Below, in pieces: positions 55,657 through 63,970 of a stretch of 63,970 nt of DNA (position 1 is its first letter; every line of letters starts with the position of its first letter). The translations under genes were made by a program, and so were the position numbers. Source of the DNA: an uncultured virus (IMG/VR IMGVR_UViG_3300011114_000961) (taxonomy: Duplodnaviria; Heunggongvirae; Uroviricota; Caudoviricetes); IMG/VR virus record IMGVR_UViG_3300011114_000961, positions 62,001 to 125,970 of that record, one strand, 5' to 3'. Under the pieces are notes generated by a model. The model was given only the letters and a program-made list of their open reading frames with translations. It was not told the DNA's origin and did no database searches.

Positions 55657-55731
55657 GGATGTGTAGCACAGTGGTAGTGCATCAGCTCGACATGCTGAGG
55701 GTCACAGGTTCGAGCCCTGTCTCATCCACCA
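55657..55731 (+). tRNA. tRNA-Val(GAC), C at position 33
   Basis: tcagc-TC-GAC-AT-gctga; CCA. Confidence 0.82.
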
Positions 55732-55738
55732 AGAATAT

Positions 55739-55817
55739 GCCCCGGTGGACAAATCTGGCAAAGTCGCTTCTCTCAAAAGGAAGAGTTCTGCGAGTTCGAC
55801 TCTCGCCCGGGGTACCA
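55739..55817 (+). tRNA. tRNA-Leu(CAA), short variable loop
   Basis: cttct-CT-CAA-AA-ggaag; A73-CCA. Confidence 0.85.
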
Positions 55818-55842
55818 AACAATTTAAAAGAAAGGACAAGCT

Positions 55843-56271
55843 ATGAGTGAATTTAATGTATTAGTAGGCAAGCGCATCAATGGCTTGTTCATAGGTAACG
55901 ACAAGTGGAGCCTGGTGTTTCGTGACATCTCTGGGCGTCGCTATCGTTTTGACACTGAAAATGACTGCTGCAATTCTGTATGGTTCAACCATGTGACTGG
56001 CGTAAATATCTTAGGCGAGGGCAACAGCTTTGACCTGTTGCGCGGGGTAGAAGTGCTGGCTGTGGAGGACAAGGGCTGGGGCGACAATCGCAGCGACGAA
56101 GATGGATGCGAAGTGGTACAAGATGCGTTCTGGACTATCCGCACCAACCGTGGCTACATTGACCTTGAAGTGCGTAACAGCCACAACGGTTATTATGGTG
56201 GTAGCGTAAGGTACAACAAAGAAGATTCAGGACGGTTAACTGATTTAGAATTGATCACCGAGGACTTCTAA
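55843..56271 (+). CDS. Hypothetical phage protein
   Basis: DCC and SHNGYYG motifs; AAGGA RBS. Confidence 0.75.
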   Translation: MSEFNVLVGKRINGLFIGNDKWSLVFRDISGRRYRFDTENDCCNSVWFNHVTGVNILGEGNSFDLLRGVEVLAVEDKGWGDNRSDEDGCEVVQDAFWTIRTNRGYIDLEVRNSHNGYYGGSVRYNKEDSGRLTDLELITEDF

Positions 56272-56285
56272 CCTAGAAGAAACTT

Positions 56286-56756
56286 ATGAAAAAATTAGAT
56301 TTAAAACAAGTGTCTGAATTTATTCAAGCACAAACACCAGAAACACGTATCTACATTGGTTGCGACAGTGAAAGAATCAAGATCGATGGTGAATGGTGGG
56401 CCGACTATGTGTTGGCCATTGTGGTACACATCAACGGCAACAACGGATGCAAACTGTTTGGTGAAGTACATCGCGAACGTGTGTACGACGCAAAGCCAGG
56501 CAAGCCAGCCATGCGTCTCATGACCGAAGTGTACAAGGTGTCCGAACTGTATCTCAAACTGGCCGACGTGCTGGAAGGTCGTGATGTTGAAGTACATCTT
56601 GACATCAACCCAGACGAAATGCACGGATCCAGCTGTGTTATTTCACAGGCCATTGGCTACATCAAAGGCACTTGCAACGTGATACCTTTTGTGAAGCCAC
56701 AGGCATTTGCTGCTTCGTATGCTGCTGACCGACTGAAAGGTTTGAAAGCAGCCTGA
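56286..56756 (+). CDS. RNase H-like YkuK-family protein
   Basis: IYIGCDS, RLMTEV, EVHLDIN, KP.AFAAS.AAD motifs. Confidence 0.85.
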   Translation: MKKLDLKQVSEFIQAQTPETRIYIGCDSERIKIDGEWWADYVLAIVVHINGNNGCKLFGEVHRERVYDAKPGKPAMRLMTEVYKVSELYLKLADVLEGRDVEVHLDINPDEMHGSSCVISQAIGYIKGTCNVIPFVKPQAFAASYAADRLKGLKAA

Positions 56757-57083
56757 CCAAAACAGTTGACAGCGTTGACTGTTTTGTGTAAAATAGTTTT
56801 TGTCAGTGCAAACTGGCAGGCAAGATCAGGATAGATTAGAACAGACAAACTGTTGGCTTCATGCCAGCATCGGCTTCCAAAGCTGAATTAACTCTGACCT
56901 CCAAGGCAACTTGGATCGTGCTTGTGTGAACCGGACATATTATAGACATTTGCACTTTGATAACCGGGCATACGCAGGCCACTGTGGATTGTGCATTGTA
57001 TTTTGAGCATTGCGAATTGCATAGTCTGTGACTTGATTCGGGTCTTGCCACCCTTGTTGTTTTATTGTTGAAAGAAAGAAATT

Positions 57084-57656
57084 ATGAAAATCAATCTACG
57101 CAAAGCCAATGCATTACAATTGGCCATCCAGGATGCATTAAAAGGCATCAAATTTGACACCGAAGTCAAAGTCAACGAATTCCAAATTGCCGAAGATGCA
57201 ATTGCAAAATTACGCCTAGATTTTGTGGCCAAACAAGATCGTCAGACCAGTTTGTTAAACAGCCTGTACGATATCCGCAAGTCTGTGAGCCGCGCCAATC
57301 ATCAGGCCAACATCAATGACAAGTTGGCAGATATTGCATCGCTTGAAAAGAAAATACAGTTTTATCTAGACATGTCTGGTAAAAGTGTTCGTGAAAGTGT
57401 AGAGGTTGTGGCTGGTAAATTAGAAAAACTTCGCAATCGCAAAGACGAAGGTCGCAGCCTGTACTACGGTCACGATTCCACAGTAGACACTTCTATATTC
57501 ACTGCCGAAGACCTGGCTGGTTTCCGAACTGCGGTTGTGCTAGGCAAGAAGAACAAACAAAAATTACAAGACGAATTGTTGGATCTCAATGTGCGTACCG
57601 AAATTGAGCTTGGGCAAGACATAGTCAATGTGTTGACTGCTGAAGGGTTATTGTAA
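57084..57656 (+). CDS. Coiled-coil hypothetical protein
   Basis: 190-aa helical ORF preceded by a long structured leader. Confidence 0.75.
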   Translation: MKINLRKANALQLAIQDALKGIKFDTEVKVNEFQIAEDAIAKLRLDFVAKQDRQTSLLNSLYDIRKSVSRANHQANINDKLADIASLEKKIQFYLDMSGKSVRESVEVVAGKLEKLRNRKDEGRSLYYGHDSTVDTSIFTAEDLAGFRTAVVLGKKNKQKLQDELLDLNVRTEIELGQDIVNVLTAEGLL

Positions 57657-57666
57657 TAGAAATTTT

Positions 57667-57741
57667 GCGGGATTAGCTCAGTGGTAGAGCGAAACGTTGC
57701 CAACGTTTAGGCCATCGGTTCGAACCCGATATTCCGCTCCA
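57667..57741 (+). tRNA. tRNA-Gly(GCC)
   Basis: TT-GCC-AA loop, U73-CCA. Confidence 0.93.
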
Positions 57742-57812
57742 GACAACACGGCCCTGCCCTCTGGCTTGTGACCTCTTTTAATGTCACTAGACACGGCAGG
57801 GTTTTTCTATTT

Positions 57813-57886
57813 GCTCCTATAGTTAAATGGCAGAACACATCCTTGGTAAGGATGAGATACAAGTTCGATTCTTGTTAGGAGCACCA
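57813..57886 (+). tRNA. tRNA-Thr(GGT)
   Basis: TT-GGT-AA loop, CCA. Confidence 0.92.
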
Positions 57887-57890
57887 ATCT

Positions 57891-57965
57891 CGGCCTTTGG
57901 TGAAATGGATATCATTCCGGGCTTCGAACCCGGAGGTGGGAGTTCGATCCTCTCAGGGCCGGCCA
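57891..57965 (+). tRNA. tRNA-Arg(TCG)
   Basis: CT-TCG-AA loop, CCA. Confidence 0.9.
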
Positions 57966-57967
57966 AT

Positions 57968-58042
57968 CTCGTTGTAGTTCAATGGATAGAACGGGGTCCT
58001 CCTAAGACTCAAATCCTGGTTCGATTCTGGGCAGCGAGACCA
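57968..58042 (+). tRNA. tRNA-Arg(CCT)
   Basis: CT-CCT-AA loop, CCA. Confidence 0.9.
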
Positions 58043-58077
58043 TTGACAACTAACTAAATCTGCTATATAATAGCATC

Positions 58078-58362
58078 ATGAGCACCGAACAAGACCGATT
58101 CAAACACTCTAAGCGTTTACTCAAAGACGAAAATGCTATTAAAAAACAAACCAAGATTGCCAAAGCTGCTGGCTCGGACATAAGCCAACCACATAAGTTT
58201 GCCAAGCAGCATGCCATGGATTGTGGCAATCCAAAGTGTTTGCTTTGTTCAAGAGAAAAAGTTTTTGGGGAGCCAACTATACAACAAAAGAGATTTGATC
58301 AAAACGTAGAAGACATCAGAGATCGACACAGCAACGGATTATCAACAAAGGATGAAGAATGA
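58078..58362 (+). CDS. Hypothetical basic protein with CxxxxCxxC motif
   Basis: ORF directly after TTGACA-N17-TATAAT. Confidence 0.7.
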   Translation: MSTEQDRFKHSKRLLKDENAIKKQTKIAKAAGSDISQPHKFAKQHAMDCGNPKCLLCSREKVFGEPTIQQKRFDQNVEDIRDRHSNGLSTKDEE

Positions 58363-58613
58363 ACGTACTACTTGAACGCACCGCCGGACTCACTAGCCAG
58401 GCCGCAGCACTTGCAATCGGCAGCCGATACAATCTGGTATTGATTGCTTCTAGACGCATGCGAGAACTCATGCGCGGCGATCCTGCCCAAGTGCCAACTC
58501 GTTATGGTCCTGCAGTCACAGCCCTGTTGGAGATCGAAGCAGGAAAAATCACAATGGATTATCTATACAAACAGCAAGACATTGCGCCGCGACGTCGATC
58601 AAAACACTATTGA
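58359..58613 (+). CDS. rpoZ: RNA polymerase omega subunit-like protein
   Basis: SRYNLVLIASRRMREL..G and AVTALLEIEAGKI match the omega signature. Confidence 0.8.
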   Translation: MNVLLERTAGLTSQAAALAIGSRYNLVLIASRRMRELMRGDPAQVPTRYGPAVTALLEIEAGKITMDYLYKQQDIAPRRRSKHY

Positions 58614-58666
58614 TTTTGGTTGACCAGTAATGTTCATTGTTGTATAATACACACAAAGAGGACATT

Positions 58667-59257
58667 ATGCCATCAGTATTTTTAGTATCAGACACACACT
58701 TTGGACACAAAGGTGTGTGCCATTTCACTCGCAACGACGGTGTGACCAAATTACGTCCTTGGGACACGCCTGAGGAAATGGACGAGGCCATGGTCAAGGC
58801 CTGGAACGAACGTGTCCGGCCCACAGACAAGGTATACCATTTAGGCGATGTTGTTATCAACCGCAAGTCCTTAGGTATCATGCGTAGGTTGAACGGTGAC
58901 AAAGTTTTGATCCGCGGTAATCATGACATCTTTCGAGATGATGAGTACCGTGAACACTTTCGCGAGTTACGTGCATACCATGTGATGAACGGAATGATCT
59001 TGAGTCACATACCCATCCACGAGGAATCGTTGGGTCGCTTTGGTGTGAACATTCACGGACACTTGCATGCCAACAGAGTAATGAAGGCAGGGCCTGCTGC
59101 TGGTGAATTTGTGACCAAGGTTGTTGATCCACGCTATCATTGTGTATGTGTAGAGCACACAGACTTTGCTCCTATCTTGTTTGAAGATGTGCAAAAACGC
59201 ATTGTTGAAGAAGGTGGGGAAATTGGATTTAGGAACGGTAATGGACCGACAATGTAA
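58667..59257 (+). CDS. Calcineurin-like metallophosphoesterase
   Basis: SDTHFGH, HLGD, GNHD, HGHLH motifs. Confidence 0.9.
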   Translation: MPSVFLVSDTHFGHKGVCHFTRNDGVTKLRPWDTPEEMDEAMVKAWNERVRPTDKVYHLGDVVINRKSLGIMRRLNGDKVLIRGNHDIFRDDEYREHFRELRAYHVMNGMILSHIPIHEESLGRFGVNIHGHLHANRVMKAGPAAGEFVTKVVDPRYHCVCVEHTDFAPILFEDVQKRIVEEGGEIGFRNGNGPTM

Positions 59258-59717
59258 ATTGTACGTTTTGGTTGGAGTGCCAGGTAGTGGAAAAAGTACC
59301 TGGCATTCTGATCAAACTTGGCTGCAAGAAGCTGCATACATTTCCACAGATCGTTATGTAGAAGAGTTTGCAAAAAGTGCAGGCAAGACCTACAGCGAAG
59401 TTTTCAAAGAAGTCATGCCCAAATGTGTGGAGCACATGACCGGCGATGTAGTGCATGCTCGTGAAGCCAGTCAAGATATTGTGTGGGATCAAACTTCGAC
59501 CACTGCGGCAAGTCGTCGAAAGAAGTTCAACATGTTGCCCGAGTACTATGCCATTGCTGTGGTATTCCGTACACCGCCGCGTGATGAATTGGATCGGCGA
59601 CTACAAAATCGATATGATTCTGGGAAAATAATCCCCGAAGCAGTAGTTGATCATATGATTGCCAATTGGGAAGAGCCCACTTTGGAAGAAGGATTTCGAG
59701 AAATTTGGTACATTTAA
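59241..59717 (+). CDS. P-loop kinase (polynucleotide-kinase/AAA_33-like)
   Basis: GVPGSGKST, ISTD, DQTS, RLQNR motifs. Confidence 0.85.
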   Translation: MDRQCKLYVLVGVPGSGKSTWHSDQTWLQEAAYISTDRYVEEFAKSAGKTYSEVFKEVMPKCVEHMTGDVVHAREASQDIVWDQTSTTAASRRKKFNMLPEYYAIAVVFRTPPRDELDRRLQNRYDSGKIIPEAVVDHMIANWEEPTLEEGFREIWYI

Positions 59718-59870
59718 ACGGGAGATTTTGTTGTGTAAAAACAACAGAATTTCCCGTATTTTTTTGCCCAAAATACCTGGATTTTGTTGCAAAAAACCCA
59801 CAATATTCTGGTTGACCGCTATTGCCCGAACTGCTATAATACACACATGTTCAGCAAAAAGGAGTTTCAA

Positions 59871-60143
59871 ATGGATATCACCGCAATTAACACTGCAATC
59901 ATCACTGGGTCATTTAGTAACGACCAACTGAGTTCCATTATTGATGCTGTGAAATATGCTCGCAGCCAGCTGACCAAGTCCAAAGTTCGCAGTTTTGCAG
60001 TGGGTGATCGTGTGAAGTTCACCAGCACCAAAAACGGTATCACTTACGTGGGCCAAGTGGAAAAAGTCAAGCTGAAATTTGTGCTGGTCAAGACGCCCGT
60101 GAATCGCTGGAATGTGCCTGCCAACATGCTGGAAGCCGTTTAA
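59871..60143 (+). CDS. Early hypothetical protein (SH3-like C-terminus)
   Basis: Promoter at 59812 and AAGGAG RBS. Confidence 0.75.
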   Translation: MDITAINTAIITGSFSNDQLSSIIDAVKYARSQLTKSKVRSFAVGDRVKFTSTKNGITYVGQVEKVKLKFVLVKTPVNRWNVPANMLEAV

Positions 60144-60202
60144 AACGGTTGACCGGTATTGTCCAAACTGCTATAATAAACACATCGCAACAAGGAGCTG
60201 AT

Positions 60203-60469
60203 ATGAAAGCATTGCAAGCATACATTGACCGTAAGAATCGCTGGAACGCCATTTTCAAAGGCGAGCAGTTTGAGATCCAAACTGCCCAAGGTCGCCAGCG
60301 TGTGGCTGACGCACTGGATGCAGACCTCAGCCCAGAGAACTTGACCTGCGATGGCGAACTATCTCGCGCAGAAGTTCAACACCGTCACAAGGTGTTGTCA
60401 ACGGCTGCACAAGAACTGCAGAAGTTGGATCCCAGCGTCAAGATCTACGAATTCTACACAGGAGAGTGA
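60203..60469 (+). CDS. Early hypothetical protein
   Basis: Promoter at 60149; LSPENLTCDGE motif. Confidence 0.75.
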   Translation: MKALQAYIDRKNRWNAIFKGEQFEIQTAQGRQRVADALDADLSPENLTCDGELSRAEVQHRHKVLSTAAQELQKLDPSVKIYEFYTGE

Positions 60470-60470
60470 T

Positions 60471-60683
60471 ATGAAAAATCTAATTGTGGCACTCACCGCA
60501 ATGGTAGTCAGCATTGTTACCTTGCTGTTCATCTCCTTCCTCCTAAGTTGGCCGGTGATGATCCTGTGGAATGAATGCTTAATGCCCGCAGTAACAGGCA
60601 TCCGAGAGATTGGTTGGATTCAGGCTTGGGGTATCAGCACCCTATGCGGCATCTTGTTCAAGACCACCATTACACAGAAATAA
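60471..60683 (+). CDS. Small membrane protein
   Basis: AGGAG RBS; two hydrophobic helices. Confidence 0.7.
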   Translation: MKNLIVALTAMVVSIVTLLFISFLLSWPVMILWNECLMPAVTGIREIGWIQAWGISTLCGILFKTTITQK

Positions 60684-60748
60684 ACAGTTGACTGGAAATT
60701 CACAGTCTGCTACAATAAACACATCGCAACATAACTAAGGAACATTTT

Positions 60749-61840
60749 ATGGCAGTTTCAGACGCACGTACAGTTACTTCTAATCAAGCTCGCAAGAGCC
60801 TGCTCAAAGCATTCAAAGTTCAACGTCCGTTGTTCTTGTGGGGCCCTCCGGGCATTGGCAAGAGCGAATTGGTTGAAGGTATCACTAACGAACTAGGCGG
60901 TCTCATGATTGACTTGCGCCTGGGACAAATGGAACCCACTGACATCCGTGGTATTCCGTTTTACAACAAGGACTCGGGCAAGATGGATTGGGCTCCTCCT
61001 GTGGAACTGCCCGATGAAGAAATGGCCAGTCAGTATCCTATTGTGGTCTTGTTCTTGGACGAGCTGAACAGTGCCGCGCCCAGTGTTCAGTCAGCGGCGT
61101 ATCAGTTGATTCTCAACCGTCGCATTGGCAAATATCGCTTGCCCAAGAATGTAGTGATGGTGGCTGCTGGCAACCGCGAAAGCGACAAAGGTGTAACGTT
61201 CCGTATGCCCACGCCACTGGCAAATCGTTTCTTGCATCAAGAGATGAAGGTGGACTTTTCTAGCTGGCAACAATGGGCTGTGCTCAACAACATCCACAAA
61301 GACGTTGTGGGTTACTTGAGTTTTGCCAAGCAAGACCTGTACGACTTTGATGCCAAGAGCTCAAGCCGTGCATTCGCTACTCCGCGTACCTGGACATTCG
61401 TTAGCGAATTGTTGGAAGATGACGACGGCGACGACGATACCATTACCAACTTGGTAGCAGGCACAGTCGGTGAAGGACTTGCAGTAAAGTTTATGGCACA
61501 CCGCAAGGTGGCAGGACGCATGCCCAAGCCTGAAGATATCTTGAGTGGCAAAGTCAAGGATTTGAATCTCAAAGAAGTCAGTGCCATGTACAGTCTGGTT
61601 ATTTCCATGTGCTACGAGCTGAAAGATGCAGTGGAGAAAAAAGTGGAACAGAAGAAGTTCCACGAAATGGCTGACAACTTCCTCAGCTACATGATGAATA
61701 ACTTTGAGACTGAGCTGACTGTGATGGGTGCTCGTATTGCGTTGACCACATACGACTTGCCATTTTTGCCAACCAAGATGAAACACTTTGATGAGTTTCA
61801 CAAACGATTTGGCAAATACATCCTGCAAAGCGGCAACTAA
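60749..61840 (+). CDS. MoxR-like AAA+ ATPase
   Basis: GPPGIGKS, LFLDELN, AAGN, LANRF, TPRTW motifs. Confidence 0.92.
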   Translation: MAVSDARTVTSNQARKSLLKAFKVQRPLFLWGPPGIGKSELVEGITNELGGLMIDLRLGQMEPTDIRGIPFYNKDSGKMDWAPPVELPDEEMASQYPIVVLFLDELNSAAPSVQSAAYQLILNRRIGKYRLPKNVVMVAAGNRESDKGVTFRMPTPLANRFLHQEMKVDFSSWQQWAVLNNIHKDVVGYLSFAKQDLYDFDAKSSSRAFATPRTWTFVSELLEDDDGDDDTITNLVAGTVGEGLAVKFMAHRKVAGRMPKPEDILSGKVKDLNLKEVSAMYSLVISMCYELKDAVEKKVEQKKFHEMADNFLSYMMNNFETELTVMGARIALTTYDLPFLPTKMKHFDEFHKRFGKYILQSGN

Positions 61841-61864
61841 AAAACGGGCCTCCGGGCCCGTTTT
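61841..61864 (+). terminator. Intrinsic terminator
   Basis: aaaacgggcc-tccg-ggcccgtttt. Confidence 0.85.
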
Positions 61865-61869
61865 CAATT

Positions 61870-62193
61870 ATGAAATACGAAATAATCAAATTGGATCGAC
61901 GCCATCGTCATTACAAGATTTACAAATACTCAATTGAGTTCAGTAAAGCGTCTTGGGCTAGCACTGGCACTGGCGCGTTGGACTTTGATCGTGCTCGTCG
62001 TTGGTTCAATACCAACTTTGGTTGGAGTCAAGAAGCAGAAGTGCAACAAAAGTTGGCTGGCCTGTCGCGGGTGCAGGACAACGATATAAACTTTCACTGG
62101 GCATTTACAACTCAATATAAAAATTATCGAATATATGTAAATTCGGACAAAGAACTGGCTTGGTTTCAATTGAGCCATGTCCGTGATGTATGA
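61870..62193 (+). CDS. Hypothetical protein
   Basis: 107-aa ORF ending LAWFQL; related to the next gene. Confidence 0.65.
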   Translation: MKYEIIKLDRRHRHYKIYKYSIEFSKASWASTGTGALDFDRARRWFNTNFGWSQEAEVQQKLAGLSRVQDNDINFHWAFTTQYKNYRIYVNSDKELAWFQLSHVRDV

Positions 62194-62483
62194 CAACAGA
62201 GAAAAAAATTGTAGTCAAGCCCAATCTTGTTATTTTTAATGATACTGACTATTGGGATAGCATATGGCAAAAGATATTATCTGAGTACGGATCTACAATT
62301 GCTATATCCTGGGTACTGAAACGTGAATTAGGTTTCACAATTCGAAATCATAATCAATGGATCACTGTCAATAAAAATCACCAAGGAGATGATATTGTTC
62401 CTAGAGGATATTTACAACACCAAATTCACCTAGACTTTTACAACGAGTCAGCATTATCTTGGTTCCAACTTAAATATCTCTAG
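62190..62483 (+). CDS. Hypothetical protein
   Basis: 97-aa ORF ending LSWFQLKYL. Confidence 0.65.
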   Translation: MTTEKKIVVKPNLVIFNDTDYWDSIWQKILSEYGSTIAISWVLKRELGFTIRNHNQWITVNKNHQGDDIVPRGYLQHQIHLDFYNESALSWFQLKYL

Positions 62484-62545
62484 TGCTGGTTGACCGGTAT
62501 TGGCACCAGTGCTATAATACACGTATGTCCAAAAAAGGAGTAGTC

Positions 62546-63850
62546 ATGCAATTTTTCAATCCCAATGTACTGTATGCCACAGCTGGCACCACCAATAACA
62601 AAAAAGAATCCGACAAGTACAAAAATCTACTTGGACCCACTGACCCTAAGATAGACAACGAGGTACGTGAGAAATTAGTCACAGCCCGTGTAGGTCTGTT
62701 GCTCAAGGCCAGTTTCTTTGGCAATCTTGCCACACGTTTGAAATTGGTCAATGCCGATGAATGGTGCGGTACTGCGGCAACAGATGGTCGTAATTTTTAT
62801 TACAACAGTCGCTTTATCAAAATGCTCAAGACCAAAGAGATTGAATTCTTGTTTGGTCACGAAGTGTTGCATTGTGTTTATGACCATTTTGGACGTCGTG
62901 GCGAACGCGATCCGCAGATTTGGAATATCGCTAACGACTTCTGTGTGAATGCAGATTTGGTCAAACACAAAGTAGGCGAGCTGATTACCACAGTGCCTGC
63001 ATTGTACGATGTCAAGTACGATGGCATGAGCTCAGAAGAAGTGTACGACGACTTGATGAAGAATGCTAAAAAGATCAACATGAGTGATCTCATTGACAAG
63101 ATGATCGACGAGCATTTGGATGGCGAAGGCGATGGCGAAGGTGAAGGCGACGGAGAAGGCGAAGGCAAAGGACGTCCTAAACTGAGTGAAGAAGAACGCA
63201 GAGCTATCCGCGATGAAATCAAAGAAGCCATGCTGGCGGCTGCTTCTACTGTGGATGGTGCTGGCAATATTCCTGCCGGTGTCAAGCGCATAATCCAAGA
63301 TCTCACTGAGCCCAAGATGAACTGGCGCGAACTGTTGCGTATGCAATTGGAGAGCACAATCAAGAGTGACTACACCTGGATGCGAGCCAGCCGTAAAGGT
63401 TGGCACATGGATGCTGTGATGCCTGGCATGAAGCTGGATCCCATGATTGATATTGCACTGTTTATCGACGCTTCGGGCTCAATGAACGAGAGCATGCTCA
63501 AGGATATCTTGAGCGAGACTGCTAGTATCATGGAATCGTTTCCTGCTTACAAAATCCATGTTGTGACATTCGATACCGAATGCTACAATCCGCAACAGTA
63601 TGATTCGGAGAATTTGGATGATATCCGAGATTACGAAGTACAAGGTGGTGGTGGTACTGATTTTGATGCAATTTTTAGATACCTAAAAGACAACGAGATC
63701 GAACCCAAACGCCTGGTTGTGTTTACTGACGGTTATCCCTGGGGCAGCTGGGGCGATGAGAACTATGCTGATACTGTTTGGATCTTGCACGGTACCACAA
63801 CCATTGTTCCGCCCTGGGGACAATATGCCTACTACGACGACGCTGAATAA
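62546..63850 (+). CDS. DUF2201-type metallopeptidase-VWA protein (MoxR partner)
   Basis: TAATDG, HEVLH (HExxH), DASGS MIDAS, GGGGTDF, FTDG motifs. Confidence 0.9.
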   Translation: MQFFNPNVLYATAGTTNNKKESDKYKNLLGPTDPKIDNEVREKLVTARVGLLLKASFFGNLATRLKLVNADEWCGTAATDGRNFYYNSRFIKMLKTKEIEFLFGHEVLHCVYDHFGRRGERDPQIWNIANDFCVNADLVKHKVGELITTVPALYDVKYDGMSSEEVYDDLMKNAKKINMSDLIDKMIDEHLDGEGDGEGEGDGEGEGKGRPKLSEEERRAIRDEIKEAMLAAASTVDGAGNIPAGVKRIIQDLTEPKMNWRELLRMQLESTIKSDYTWMRASRKGWHMDAVMPGMKLDPMIDIALFIDASGSMNESMLKDILSETASIMESFPAYKIHVVTFDTECYNPQQYDSENLDDIRDYEVQGGGGTDFDAIFRYLKDNEIEPKRLVVFTDGYPWGSWGDENYADTVWILHGTTTIVPPWGQYAYYDDAE

Positions 63851-63867
63851 TCAAAACAAATTTAGCC

Positions 63868-63906
63868 AAAACCTCCTAAGAAATTTATCTTAGGAGGTTT
63901 TCTTTT
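63868..63906 (+). terminator. Intrinsic terminator
   Basis: aaacctcctaaga-aattta-tcttaggaggttt plus T-rich tail. Confidence 0.85.
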
Positions 63907-63918
63907 GTAAATATCTAC

Positions 63919-63970
63919 ATGAACGACAAACAACTAACCATTGCTGACCTAGCGTCAATCAAAGTTATAC
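63919..63970 (+). CDS. N-terminus of a gene truncated by the window end
   Basis: TAAATA then ATG; MNDKQLTIADLASIKVI, open to the edge. Confidence 0.55.
   Translation, partial: MNDKQLTIADLASIKVI

Noticed and set aside
63118..63168. Tandem GAAGGCGATGGC-type repeat
   Set aside because: Encodes the low-complexity GEGD linker typical of DUF2201-VWA proteins.
1..63970. Bacterial chromosome, integrase, transposase or reverse transcriptase
   Set aside because: Gene content and promoters are phage-like; no recombinase, DDE or RT motifs were recognised.

Overview
A segment of a large, T4-like (jumbo-type) dsDNA phage genome read in the standard genetic code. No database was searched; all calls come from motifs and hand-folding. 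1-15 kb: late genes, including LysM proteins and putative internal head proteins with T4-like N-terminal targeting peptides, Dps and glycan/ester-modifying enzymes. 15-43 kb: replication genes (family B DNA polymerase, sliding-clamp-like, RNase H) interleaved with a 7-deazaguanine pathway (TGT/DpdA-like, FolE, QueD, QueE, a DpdL-like QueD paralog; no QueC seen) and glycosyltransferases, GalE, a DegT-like protein, a B12 radical SAM and methyltransferases. 43-58 kb: an RNA island with 33 tRNAs covering all 20 amino acids, a permuted two-piece tmRNA, a ~0.9-kb GOLLD-like RNA with an embedded tRNA-like domain, and many unassigned structured RNAs. 58-64 kb: early genes (RpoZ-like, MoxR AAA/VWA pair). 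The best candidates for undescribed biology are: (1) two leaderless leader-peptide/terminator-antiterminator modules whose amino-acid content mirrors the tRNA cluster behind each, a possible tRNA-supply-sensing attenuator; (2) five RNA cassettes sharing a covarying closing stem around unrelated cargo; (3) a duplicated ~190-220-nt T-loop-containing RNA.
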